A DNA stretch of 24,000 nt from assembly GCF_013760955.1 (NCBI RefSeq), contig NZ_JACDUL010000002.1, forward strand, positions 108,719 through 132,718, given 5' to 3'. Of the stretch, positions 1 to 9,406 are shown piece after piece (the stretch's first letter is position 1; each line of letters opens with the position of its first letter). The notes beneath the pieces are model-generated. The model was given only the letters and a program-made list of their open reading frames with translations. It was not told where the DNA came from and did not search any database. The position numbers and the translations under genes are program-made. The DNA comes from Methanococcus maripaludis (GTDB lineage: Archaea; AGJL01; Methanococci; Methanococcales; Methanococcaceae).

Positions 1-162
1 CGAAACAAGGATGATAAATTCGATCCAACTGCAGATAAGGATTTCGTTGAAAATAATATTCTTACAGAACAGGTAGATGAGATATTTATGAATGGAAATT
101 CACTCGTAACTAATGCAAAACCACTTGATGAAGTATTCAAAGCAAACATGTTCGGGGATTAA
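1..162 (+). CDS. 3' end of an upstream gene, function unknown; possibly the partner (Mod-like) of the following helicase-nuclease
   Basis: Frame 1 is open from base 1 and reads ...NGNSLVTNAKPLDEVFKANMFGD*, with TAA at 160-162. The stop lies 1 nt before the ATG at 164, an operon-like junction. The Mod assignment rests only on the usual mod-res gene order. Confidence 0.4.
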   Translation, partial: RNKDDKFDPTADKDFVENNILTEQVDEIFMNGNSLVTNAKPLDEVFKANMFGD

Positions 163-163
163 C

Positions 164-3100
164 ATGGCAAGAGCAAAACAACAACGAAAGCTACAAAATC
201 ACCTGCTATTGAACCGCTACATCAGCTCATTGTTCGGATTCAAAAAACTAGACGACTTTAGGCGAAAACTAGACGATATTCCGGAAGGAATAAACCAAAA
301 CGGTAAGTTTTACTTTACTGAAGTTTTACAGAATTTGAACATTAATGATGAACTAAGGCAAAAATTGGAACAATACGATGAAAATATTCAGGAGTACTTG
401 AACAAGATAAATGAAAAAAGAGAAACTCCAATCTTGTTGAAATATTACCAATATCTGGCAGTATTATTTACGGAATTGTACCTGGATAAGTATTACAACG
501 AATTTGATGTATTTTATGATGAATTAATCAATTATGCAGAACATATGCGGGAAGTGGAAAGGGATAAAAACGTTCCTTATCCAAAAGAAAATGGGTTAAA
601 TAAATTAGTTTATTGGGCTGCAACGGGTAGCGGTAAAACGATAATCATGCATATCAATTATTTGCAGATAATGCGGTACAATAAAACATCGTATGATAAT
701 ATACTGCTGATAACACCTAGTGAAAGCCTAACTGCGCAACATATGGCCGAATTAAGCATAAGTAATATTCGAAACCGATGTTTTAATTTCCAGCTGAATT
801 TAGATAATTTTGGAGTTCAGAACCCAATAATTGTAATCGATAACTACAAACTAAAACAGGATGTGAAAACTCAAGATGGTAAATCCGTACCTGTTGAATT
901 TTTCGGTGAGAATAATATTGTATTCGTTGATGAAGGTCACAAGGGTAGCGGGGGAAAAGAGTGGAAATCAAACCGGGAATCGCTTGTTGGTAAACACGGT
1001 TTCATTTTTGAATACAGTGCAACTTTTGGCGAATTAGCGGCTGATGATGACTTGTTTGAGGAATATGCAACATCTATAATTTTTGATTACCGATACAAGT
1101 ACTTTTATGAGGACGGTTTTGGAAAAGACTACAGTATACTGAATTTGAGGAATAAAAACGATTATGACAACGATGAATACCTCGTAGGCGCATTATTGTC
1201 ATTGTACGAACAGAAAAAATACATGAATGACAATTCAAGAGGGATTCGAAAATTCAAACTGGAAAATCCGCTCATGATATTTGTTGGAAGTAGTGTTAGT
1301 GGCAAAAAAACCGAGTCAGATGTATTGAATGTGGTTAAATTCATTGCAAAATTTGTAAATGAAGAAAACTCAATGAAAAAATGTATAAAAAACATATTTA
1401 CTAACAAATCATCTATTGTCGATGAACATGATCAGCCGATCTTTAACCGAAAATTCTCCTATTTACGGGAGCTTATACGAAACAACCAGTTAAATATCGA
1501 TGAAATATATGATAACGTCATATCTGATCTTTTTTACGTTAAATCATCAAAAATTCTGGAATTTGTAGATATAAAGAAAGCAGAAGGGGAAATAGGTCTT
1601 CGGTTTGGACACGATGCCGATTACTTTGGTGTGATAAATATTGGGGACACTGCATCGTTTATTAAGCTCGCCGAATCCGAAAATGAAAATGAATACTTCA
1701 AAACCGATATAAAATCCAATCTCGAAAAAACACTATTTGGAAAAATCGAAAATAAAAATTCCAAAATAAATTTCCTAATTGGCTCCAAGAAATTTATCGA
1801 AGGTTGGAACTCATACCGTGTATCCTCAATGTGTTTACTAAATATTGGTAAAAAAGAAGGGGCACAAATTATCCAGCTATTTGGTAGGGGGGTGCGTCTT
1901 AGAGGTTATGAAAACTCACTTAAACGTAGCCAATACCTAAAGGATCACAAAAGGTTAGATGATTCGATAATAGTGCCTGAAAAATTGGAAATACTCGAAA
2001 CATTGAACATATTTGGAATGAACGCAAATTACATGGAGGTATTCCGTGAAACTTTGAAAGGAGAGGGCATTTCAGAATACGAAACGTTCAAACTCAAAAT
2101 AAAACCAACATTACCGGGTTTTAATCTATATATTCCTAGAAAAAGTAAAGATGCAGGCGAATTCAAAGATGAAGTCCAAATAACAACATATAATAATTTC
2201 AAATCTACCGTGGGTCTTGATTTGAGATCAAAAATTGAACGGCTTGATTCAAAAGACAAAATAGCCGAAACACATGGCGATTCAACAATAAAAGAACTAC
2301 TGTTTACTGATGAAATCGTTTCTATGATGGATTTTGATAGAGTTTACCTTGAAATAATGAAATATAAGGGTTTAAAGAAATATAGTAATATGTATTTTAC
2401 AAAAAAAGACTTAATTGAGCTCATAAATAAAAAAGCCTACTATATTAGATGTAAGGAAGAAATACTCGAAATAACAAAAGATCATAATCTCGGAAAACTT
2501 CAAAAATTAGAAGATTATGCAATTCAACTTCTAAAATCAATGGTGGATAAAATATATGGTCAAGAAAAACAACGGTGGTATCAAAAGAACCTCAGTTATG
2601 AGGTCCTCGATGAACAAGATCACCGTATGATCCCTGAAGACTATATATTCACTATAAATTGTACAGAACGCGATCTAAAATGGGATATGAATGAATTCAC
2701 GGATACATTAATAAAATATGTCCGCAAAAACGCTTCATCCGACGACGATGTAATATATTCTGAAAATAGCTCGTTTGGATATGACGAAGCTACCATTTTG
2801 GAATTTTTTGCAAACGAAACGCATCTATTCCAACCGCTAATTTACAAAAACGAAGATGAACGTCTGAAATTTATCAAACTATCGCCCACAGCGCTTGTTG
2901 AAAGTGAAAGGAAATTTTTGAATTATCTGACCGAGTATATTGAACGAAATAAGGATAATTTACCATTTGATCGCGCATATCTTCTTAGAAATCCATCGAG
3001 GACAGGAATTGGATTCTTTGAAACAAAGGGATTTTATCCTGATTTCATACTATGGACTATCAATGGAAATAAACAAAGCATTGCGTTTATAGATCCAAAA

Positions 3101-3352
3101 GGACTTATGCTGATGAATCAGGATGATGAAAAATTAAGGCTTTATGAAGACATTAAGCAAATACAAGATAGTATTAATAAACGTGGGGATATCCAACTAA
3201 ATTTAGATGCCTTTATAACCTCGGTTACAAATTACAGGGATCTAAAAACCCAATGGGATGCGACCAAAGATGAATTGGAAAATAAAAACATATTATTCTT
3301 AGAAGACGGCCACGAATGTATACGCAAAATGTTCAATAAACTGTATGCGTAA
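164..3352 (+). CDS. SF2 (DEAD/DEAH-like) helicase fused to a C-terminal PD-(D/E)xK nuclease; Type III restriction Res-like
   Basis: Long ORF. The likely start is ATG 164 (MARAKQQ), directly after the upstream stop, not the track start at 113. Walker A is AATGSGKT (about nt 617-640) and motif II is VDEGH (about nt 927-941). The C-terminal nuclease motif is YPDF...FIDPKG (D at 3041-3043, DPK at 3092-3100). Size and helicase-then-nuclease order match Type III Res subunits. Confidence 0.7.
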   Translation: MARAKQQRKLQNHLLLNRYISSLFGFKKLDDFRRKLDDIPEGINQNGKFYFTEVLQNLNINDELRQKLEQYDENIQEYLNKINEKRETPILLKYYQYLAVLFTELYLDKYYNEFDVFYDELINYAEHMREVERDKNVPYPKENGLNKLVYWAATGSGKTIIMHINYLQIMRYNKTSYDNILLITPSESLTAQHMAELSISNIRNRCFNFQLNLDNFGVQNPIIVIDNYKLKQDVKTQDGKSVPVEFFGENNIVFVDEGHKGSGGKEWKSNRESLVGKHGFIFEYSATFGELAADDDLFEEYATSIIFDYRYKYFYEDGFGKDYSILNLRNKNDYDNDEYLVGALLSLYEQKKYMNDNSRGIRKFKLENPLMIFVGSSVSGKKTESDVLNVVKFIAKFVNEENSMKKCIKNIFTNKSSIVDEHDQPIFNRKFSYLRELIRNNQLNIDEIYDNVISDLFYVKSSKILEFVDIKKAEGEIGLRFGHDADYFGVINIGDTASFIKLAESENENEYFKTDIKSNLEKTLFGKIENKNSKINFLIGSKKFIEGWNSYRVSSMCLLNIGKKEGAQIIQLFGRGVRLRGYENSLKRSQYLKDHKRLDDSIIVPEKLEILETLNIFGMNANYMEVFRETLKGEGISEYETFKLKIKPTLPGFNLYIPRKSKDAGEFKDEVQITTYNNFKSTVGLDLRSKIERLDSKDKIAETHGDSTIKELLFTDEIVSMMDFDRVYLEIMKYKGLKKYSNMYFTKKDLIELINKKAYYIRCKEEILEITKDHNLGKLQKLEDYAIQLLKSMVDKIYGQEKQRWYQKNLSYEVLDEQDHRMIPEDYIFTINCTERDLKWDMNEFTDTLIKYVRKNASSDDDVIYSENSSFGYDEATILEFFANETHLFQPLIYKNEDERLKFIKLSPTALVESERKFLNYLTEYIERNKDNLPFDRAYLLRNPSRTGIGFFETKGFYPDFILWTINGNKQSIAFIDPKGLMLMNQDDEKLRLYEDIKQIQDSINKRGDIQLNLDAFITSVTNYRDLKTQWDATKDELENKNILFLEDGHECIRKMFNKLYA

Positions 3353-3390
3353 CTTTTCCTAACTTTTTTTATTTATTATCTTTTTTTAAC
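3353..3390 (+). terminator. Oligo-T archaeal-type terminator after the helicase-nuclease gene
   Basis: Two T7 runs (3364-3370 and 3381-3387) lie immediately after the stop codon. Confidence 0.4.
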
Positions 3391-3497
3391 CTCCGTATCG
3401 CAATTCTTTCTAACATTTAATCCATATATTCTAACACATCGATGAAGTATATATACCATCCAGAATGCGGTTCAATTACAAACGAAAGGAGGTGAGG

Positions 3498-3698
3498 ATG
3501 ATGGTAAATTTTTGTTATAATAACAGTCAGACGTTGGAACATGAGGTCAGACACCGAATAGATTATAAATTGAACAAAGCATTCGAGGAAAAAGAATATG
3601 GTTTTATATTGCATATACTGTCTCAGCTTGAACTACACGAACATAAAATGGAATGTACAAACAAACCTAAAGAAGTTATGTTCAATCAAGAAGAATAA
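3498..3698 (+). CDS. Small hypothetical protein (about 66 aa)
   Basis: A strong SD (aggaggtgagg, 3487-3497) sits directly before the tandem ATG ATG at 3498/3501. No family was recognised. Confidence 0.45.
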   Translation: MMVNFCYNNSQTLEHEVRHRIDYKLNKAFEEKEYGFILHILSQLELHEHKMECTNKPKEVMFNQEE

Positions 3699-3708
3699 AT
3701 AAAATGTG

Positions 3709-4131
3709 TTATTTACCGTTTCGAATGGTGTTAAAGTCTTTTTCGTTTAACGGAACCATCGCACGTCGCAATGAACCTGACCACTGTTTTTTATTTTTTA
3801 TAAACTCCAACTTTTCTACAAGCGGTTTGAACAGAATCGGCGATTCAAACACTTCTATTTCCTTTAATTTAACTCTCAAAGGGTACGTTTCATTTGGATT
3901 GCGAGGATGTGCTCCAAATATCTTTTTTCCATCACGATTAACGTCTGAAGTGACTTCATAAAGTCCACGAATGTATTGTGGTTTGGGTTCTTTTCCGGTT
4001 ATACCCATTTCGTAAATCAGCAACATATCGCCTTTTTCAACTTTCGCAATCGTGTTTTTGTACATTTCAGAAACGCCCCAGACTTTTTTGTCTTTTACAA
4101 CGTTCCAGTTTTCTTCGTTTGTGATACACAT
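3709..4131 (-). CDS. EVE / PUA-like domain protein (archaeal PH1033-type)
   Basis: The protein from the internal Met reads [20 protein letters not shown]...GDMLLIY...[10 protein letters not shown]...YPLRVKLK...[18 protein letters not shown]. This matches my recollection of the stand-alone archaeal EVE/PUA-like family (WICIT.ENW..., VWGV, YEVTS, YPYRVK, FIKNKK.WS). The first 24 codons of the track ORF are probably not translated. Confidence 0.7.
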   Translation of the reverse strand: MCITNEENWNVVKDKKVWGVSEMYKNTIAKVEKGDMLLIYEMGITGKEPKPQYIRGLYEVTSDVNRDGKKIFGAHPRNPNETYPLRVKLKEIEVFESPILFKPLVEKLEFIKNKKQWSGSLRRAMVPLNEKDFNTIRNGK

Positions 4132-4252
4132 GAAGTAATTTGTCAGAATAACCACCACCGATATAATATAATCAATTATTCTGTTACTATTGTAACTTAA
4201 CATTTTCGAAATTATTGCAACATGACTCTAAATGGTAGGGAAAATGTTCACA

Positions 4253-4506
4253 AACCACCATAGATTCAAAATCATACGAATACGCTAAGTAGCGACAGTT
4301 TCAATTTTATGAGCTTTTCAGTACTCGTCGATCGTGTAGTTTCGAATGTTTGATATTCAGTTCAGAATTACATCGGCAAGAAGGCAGTATTATTCAGTAA
4401 CCTGGTTAACGTTCAACAATTTAACATATTGGTGTAAACAGCCAGTCGATAAGATCACTGAACCACCATAGATTCAAAATCTTACACGAACGTACCGTAG
4501 CGACAG
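4253..4506 (+). repeat. Composite repeat locus L, with a period of about 208 bp
   Basis: The core aaccaccatagattcaaaatc...gtagcgacag occurs at 4253-4298 and 4461-4506. Between the cores lie tttcgaatgtttgatat (4340-4356) and attacatcggcaagaaggcagtattattcagtaa (4367-4400). Copy 2 has an extra 9-bp stem, ccgtagcga (4495-4503) pairing with tcgctacgg (4526-4534). Confidence 0.85.
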
Positions 4507-4579
4507 GAACACATATGCGAGAGTTTCGCTACGGGCGTTTCAGGTATTTTAGATATGGTGAAATAAGTTCCTAATCGTC

Positions 4580-6613
4580 TTAGATATCAAACACTGACTT
4601 CGAATTAAATAAATTTTTCAAGGGGTTATCCACTTTGATTGATAATGTGTATAACGCACACGCATCCTTAAAATCTCGCTCATTAACTTCAGTATCTAAC
4701 CTGGCTTTCGCAAATGCGGTTGAAAGCCTAATTATTGTTTCAACCAGACGCGTTGATGTATTTTGATTAGCTCTTCTGTTAACGTAATATTCAACAATCG
4801 AATCTTCAACCGATTTAGGAACTTTAACGGACAGTGTCCTTGTGTATTCAATGAAATCCAGTAAAAATTCTCGATTAACCGTATAATCTCCAATATCTAT
4901 GGTTTTATCCAATAAGCTATCGGGATTGACTGATCCGAGGTTATGGTTTCTAATCGTTTTTCGAGCAATTTCAGCATCAAGTTCCTTGTTTTGACCAATA
5001 CCCATGTCAAATATCAAGTCAAATCGATCTATAACTGGTTTAGTTAGCTCAATCTGTTCAATTAATCCTTTTGTATTGTCCCAACACCCATTTCGAGGGT
5101 TACATGCAGCAAGAATTGCAATTTCCGCAGGTAGGCATATGTTTAATCCTGCTTTTGAAATGTGGATTTCTTGAGATTCCATCGCCTCTAAAAGATGTGT
5201 TGACATCTCTTTATTTACCGTTAATTCATCAAGTGATGCAGTTCCACCGTTTTTACAGACGAGTAATCCCGGTTTAGTTACCCAGCCACTATCACCAACT
5301 GAAGTTCTTTCTTGTTCCACAGCTGCCGTTAATCCAACACCCGAGCTTCCTGTAATCGATCCGTATATGTTTTTTGGAAGTTTTGACACGGTACGAAGCA
5401 TTTCAGATTTACCTACTCCCGGATCTGCAACTAACAGGATATGTAAGTTATTACGGTTTAATCCAACGGCGCCTTTCAGCTGTTGAAGTAGCAGCGCTTT
5501 TTTTACGTCTTCGTGACTATGGATTGTCGGGATCAGTATTTCAGAGAGCTTATCGAGTAACTTGATATCGTTTTTGGAACAGTACTCAACAACCTGTTTT
5601 ATGTACGTTATTTTGTTTTCGTCCAATCTATCGACTATAATATCTTCGACAGCCGCAATACTTTTAGCGTAAATGTAAATATCGTAGATAAGTCCGTTTT
5701 TCTGTTTTCTCTTGAACGGGATTCCGATAACATTTAGTTTACCGCTAAAGAGTCCCGGTGAATTCTCAAAGAACACGGTAATGTATTTTGGAGGTTCCTG
5801 TGGGTTATCCATTGTTTCTAACGGTTGCTGTAACTTAATTTCCTGAATATCGATATAATCAGATTCCAATTCGTTCAACATCATTTCTTTTCCACATTTA
5901 CACCACACCTTTGAAATGTCCTCAAACATGTTGTCAAGTGTTTCTTCCCGATTATTGCCGCAACCACATGTGTAAGCACCTTTTTTTAGCATTACCTTTT
6001 TAGATGACGCAATTGATATGATACCTTCAAATTCTACGACTTTTCCGATTTTAGCAGAGTTTATGTCTTCGATATCACATTTGTATTTATCAGGTAGGTT
6101 CTGAATAACGATTCCATCACAATCGGGTTTTTCATTCTTCAATAACCTGTAAGCTTCAGTATACGCTTCCGAAAACATTTTGAAGACGTCATTGGGACTG
6201 CTATCGAGTTTATTCAGCAGAAATTTATCGGTACCAAACTCCTCTTGAAAGTCAACGATAACCGTTTTACCGCTTTCAATCTTTCTTTTGTGTTTATCCA
6301 GCAGGTATTTTACAATGTCAGATAATTCAGTTTCCGATTTATGTAAATAACCAGATTTATCTTCGTAAAGTATGTCGGCATCCATTAATTGGTTTATGTA
6401 TTTGCTATATGTGGACCGATGTAGTCCTGCACTGAGTAAGATCCCCTTTAGATCTTCAACGGCAATATTCACGTTGGAATGGGTATTGAATATGTAAAGG
6501 ATCGTGTCTCGAGCAGTAGGCTTTTCACCGTTATTTGTTTCTTTATACGATTTAACTGATTTTATAATCTGTTCTTGCAGTGTTTCTGTTAGTGCTATTT
6601 TTTCGTTGACCAT
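4580..6613 (-). CDS. mcm: MCM family replicative helicase with an N-terminal wHTH-like region
   Basis: Walker A is ADPGVGKSEML and Walker B is ASLDELT. Sensor/arginine-finger-like motifs are AILAACNP and IDRFDLIF. A Cys4 zinc motif reads CGCG...CKCG. The track start is a TTG; the ATG at 6613 (MVNEKIAL), preceded by gaagagg, is more likely. Confidence 0.85.
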   Translation of the reverse strand: MVNEKIALTETLQEQIIKSVKSYKETNNGEKPTARDTILYIFNTHSNVNIAVEDLKGILLSAGLHRSTYSKYINQLMDADILYEDKSGYLHKSETELSDIVKYLLDKHKRKIESGKTVIVDFQEEFGTDKFLLNKLDSSPNDVFKMFSEAYTEAYRLLKNEKPDCDGIVIQNLPDKYKCDIEDINSAKIGKVVEFEGIISIASSKKVMLKKGAYTCGCGNNREETLDNMFEDISKVWCKCGKEMMLNELESDYIDIQEIKLQQPLETMDNPQEPPKYITVFFENSPGLFSGKLNVIGIPFKRKQKNGLIYDIYIYAKSIAAVEDIIVDRLDENKITYIKQVVEYCSKNDIKLLDKLSEILIPTIHSHEDVKKALLLQQLKGAVGLNRNNLHILLVADPGVGKSEMLRTVSKLPKNIYGSITGSSGVGLTAAVEQERTSVGDSGWVTKPGLLVCKNGGTASLDELTVNKEMSTHLLEAMESQEIHISKAGLNICLPAEIAILAACNPRNGCWDNTKGLIEQIELTKPVIDRFDLIFDMGIGQNKELDAEIARKTIRNHNLGSVNPDSLLDKTIDIGDYTVNREFLLDFIEYTRTLSVKVPKSVEDSIVEYYVNRRANQNTSTRLVETIIRLSTAFAKARLDTEVNERDFKDACALYTLSIKVDNPLKNLFNSKSVFDI

Positions 6614-7673
6614 TTCATGCCTCTTCAACTGATTGGTAGTGTATTTGCAGTGTTTATTCTCAAAATACCACTGATGAAGATACTATATAAATACAACTAA
6701 CCAAAACGTTAGAAAAATTTGGCAGGGTGAATCAAAAACGAAAGTCATCGAAAGTAAAACAAGCGAGTATCACAGTCTAATGAACTAACAAAGTGATATA
6801 CCGCGTTACTCCTGAGCAGTAACACAAGAGTAACAATGATACAATGATGGTAACACAAAATAGACAGTATGAAAAAAGTAATTCGCAATCCAAAAAGAAG
6901 CCTGTAGCAACGTTACCTGACATAATAAGTGATAATAGAATAATTAGTATATGTATATATGTAAATGTTATAGTGGTTCTTAGGATATATACTTACCGGT
7001 TTTCGGTACCTAACGTTCCGGATAGATAAACATCGGATCTACAACAACGATAACTCTATTTTAGTAATTTTGAGTAAGCTGTATCGAGAAATTTACTGAT
7101 ATAGTGAGCTTTGGAAATTAAAGAAACGTGTTCACTCTAGAAATTTATGAAACACGATTTCGCGGGCTTTGACGAGTACCAAACTCACGCTGCTTCTCAA
7201 TCACATAATATATGATAGCGTAGGCTATAGGCGAAGTATTCACGTAGCGCTTCTGATTTAGAGATATAGCGAATACCAAACCGTACAAAATCAAACAACT
7301 AAAAGTGGTGATCTATGTGGATATTCAAACGCGTTTAACCCGATAATAATGAAAACATGTCAGCTGCGAGTATTTACGATACTCTAGGATTCTACATGAC
7401 GATTCCAAGAATGTGTGATCGAAATTCACGTTTTCAGCTGATTTCTCTCTACGTATTCCAAAACGCAGCGTTAATAGATGATATACTAGTGAATAACCAA
7501 TATCGAGGTGATATAATGACACGTTGAACAATATACCCTACTAATGAGCGTATATGTGGTAAATATCGATGTAAACCACACTATAACTCTAAACATACAC
7601 GATGACGCACATTAGTGAGTCAGAACTGATGAAATAACAAAATTTGATAAAACAAACAAAAAATGGTGAAACT

Positions 7674-8066
7674 ATGAAAACAACTGAATTAACTATACCG
7701 TCACTTGCGGCAACCGCATTATCACACAAAGGCTTATGCGGAAGGGGATACACAAAAATTAGAAACCAGATAGATTCCGAGTACTGGGAGATTGGTTCTA
7801 AACTTCTCGAGGAATGGGAATCAAACACGTCATTAAACATGTATTCGGTAACTGCTGAATTGTACCACGCTAAAGAGTTTAACTTTAAGGGTAAACACTA
7901 TGGTATAAACGTTATTGGAAACGGTAAGGTAAGAAAAATGTGTATGGACATTGCAGCGGTAGAAATGGATCTTAATCGGAAAATGGATAAAAAATACGAA
8001 TCGATGTTGAATGATATTATATGTAAATTACAGAAGTACGATTTCGAAACTCAAGAGATGTGTTAA
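7674..8066 (+). CDS. Hypothetical protein (130 aa)
   Basis: The ORF has an SD (tggtgaaact) before ATG 7674 (MKTTELT) and a TAA stop. No family was recognised. Confidence 0.5.
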   Translation: MKTTELTIPSLAATALSHKGLCGRGYTKIRNQIDSEYWEIGSKLLEEWESNTSLNMYSVTAELYHAKEFNFKGKHYGINVIGNGKVRKMCMDIAAVEMDLNRKMDKKYESMLNDIICKLQKYDFETQEMC

Positions 8067-8114
8067 CCAAGTAATTTGTGTATCAACACATTACTTTGGA
8101 TCCATCCGATCTGA

Positions 8115-8360
8115 TTACATCGTCAAGAAGGCGATGTATTATTCAGTAAATATATACAATGTTCATTAAGCGAATTTAGAAACGTAAACAGCCGGTCGAT
8201 ACGATTAACAAACCACCATAGATTCAAAATCTTACACGAGCGTACCGTAGCGACAGCTTCAGGTTCATCAGCTTCCTAGTATGTGTTGAACATGAGTTGG
8301 TTTCGATGTTTGACATCACATTATAATTACATCGTCAACATGGCGATGTATTGTCTGACA
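8115..8360 (+). repeat. Composite repeat locus R; same modules as locus L, in direct orientation, with a period of about 211 bp
   Basis: The hairpin module attacatcgtcaagaaggcgatgtattattcagtaa lies at 8115-8149 and recurs at 8326-8360. The 73-bp core at 8184-8256 is about 90% identical by eye to 4434-4506. tttcgatgtttgacatcac lies at 8301-8319. Confidence 0.85.
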
Positions 8361-8636
8361 CGAGTTTAACGATTTATACGAAACTCAATAATGTATGCTG
8401 AAATGTACAAGATTACGAAACTGTGTTCTAAACGTTGGGACGAAACAATCAATGAACCATCATGGATTAAAATGTTGGTATCAACGCTTCATAACAACTG
8501 TTTTAGAAATGCGAGCTTTCCCGTACATAACGTTCAGCGCCATGAACCACACAGACAATACGCGACAAATTCTCTCGATATCATAATTTATATGATGTAG
8601 TTCATAATCGGTATGTAATAAGAAGAGAGTGGTTAA

Positions 8637-9398
8637 ATGAAGATATTTTATTTTACAGGTACTGGTAACAGCCTGTACGTGGCTAAACGAATTGGTGGAG
8701 AACTTTATTCGATACCACAGGTGTTAAAAGACGGTAATCTCGAATTCGAAGATGAAACAATCGGTATCGTTTTTCCATGTTATGCTTTTGGTGTTCCACG
8801 ACTTGTTGCTGAATTCATCAAACGTGTAACGTTAAACGCTAATTACGTTTTTGCTGTAATGACGTACGGTAATATGAGTGGATCGGGACTAAAACAGCTC
8901 GAAGATCTCGGAAAACAGTCAGGTATCACATTTAACTATACTAACGAAATCTGTATGGTTGATAACTATCTGCCGCTTTATTCAGTTGAAGAACAGTTGA
9001 AACACGAAAATAAGAAGCTTATCGAAGCCCACGTAGAAAATATCGTTAATGATATACGCAATCAGAAAACGAAATGCAAACGAAAAGGAATAGTGATGGA
9101 CACCGTTTCCAAGTTAGTTTACCGATTCGTTTATGAAAATAAGCTCGATATGGCAGACAAGAAATTCATCGTTAACGAAAACTGCAACGCTTGTAAATTG
9201 TGTGAGAAGTTATGTCCTAAAAATAACATTTCAGTAACGGATAAACCGGAATTTTTACATCGCTGTGATATCTGTTATTCGTGTATCCACAACTGTCCGC
9301 AAAACGCGATTCACTTGAAAAACGAAAAAAGTAGTATGCGATTTATCAATCAACATGTAACCGTAAACGAGATAATCGATTCAAACGATCAAAGTTAA
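8637..9398 (+). CDS. EFR1-type protein: flavodoxin-like N-terminal domain fused to a 2x[4Fe-4S] ferredoxin domain
   Basis: The N-terminus is MKIFYFTGTGNS, a flavodoxin-like loop. Two CxxCxxCxxxCP motifs are present (CNACKLCEKLCP and CDICYSCIHNCP). An SD-like gagtggt precedes the ATG. Confidence 0.7.
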   Translation: MKIFYFTGTGNSLYVAKRIGGELYSIPQVLKDGNLEFEDETIGIVFPCYAFGVPRLVAEFIKRVTLNANYVFAVMTYGNMSGSGLKQLEDLGKQSGITFNYTNEICMVDNYLPLYSVEEQLKHENKKLIEAHVENIVNDIRNQKTKCKRKGIVMDTVSKLVYRFVYENKLDMADKKFIVNENCNACKLCEKLCPKNNISVTDKPEFLHRCDICYSCIHNCPQNAIHLKNEKSSMRFINQHVTVNEIIDSNDQS

Positions 9399-9406
9399 TG
9401 TTATAA

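Noticed and set aside
3417-3614. Minus-strand 65-aa ORF opposite the small + strand gene
   Set aside because: The + strand ORF has a near-perfect SD (aggaggtga), while the minus ORF has none.
6844-7531. Track ORFs 6844-7029 (+) and 7325-7531 (-) in the 1-kb MCM upstream region
   Set aside because: They have no SD and give low-complexity or odd-composition translations with no recognisable family. I treat them as non-coding with modest confidence.
8391-8600. Two overlapping track ORFs (69 and 63 aa) upstream of the EFR1 gene
   Set aside because: They are mutually exclusive frames over the same DNA and have no SD or family signal. The region is better treated as a ~270-nt 5' leader/intergenic region of unknown function.
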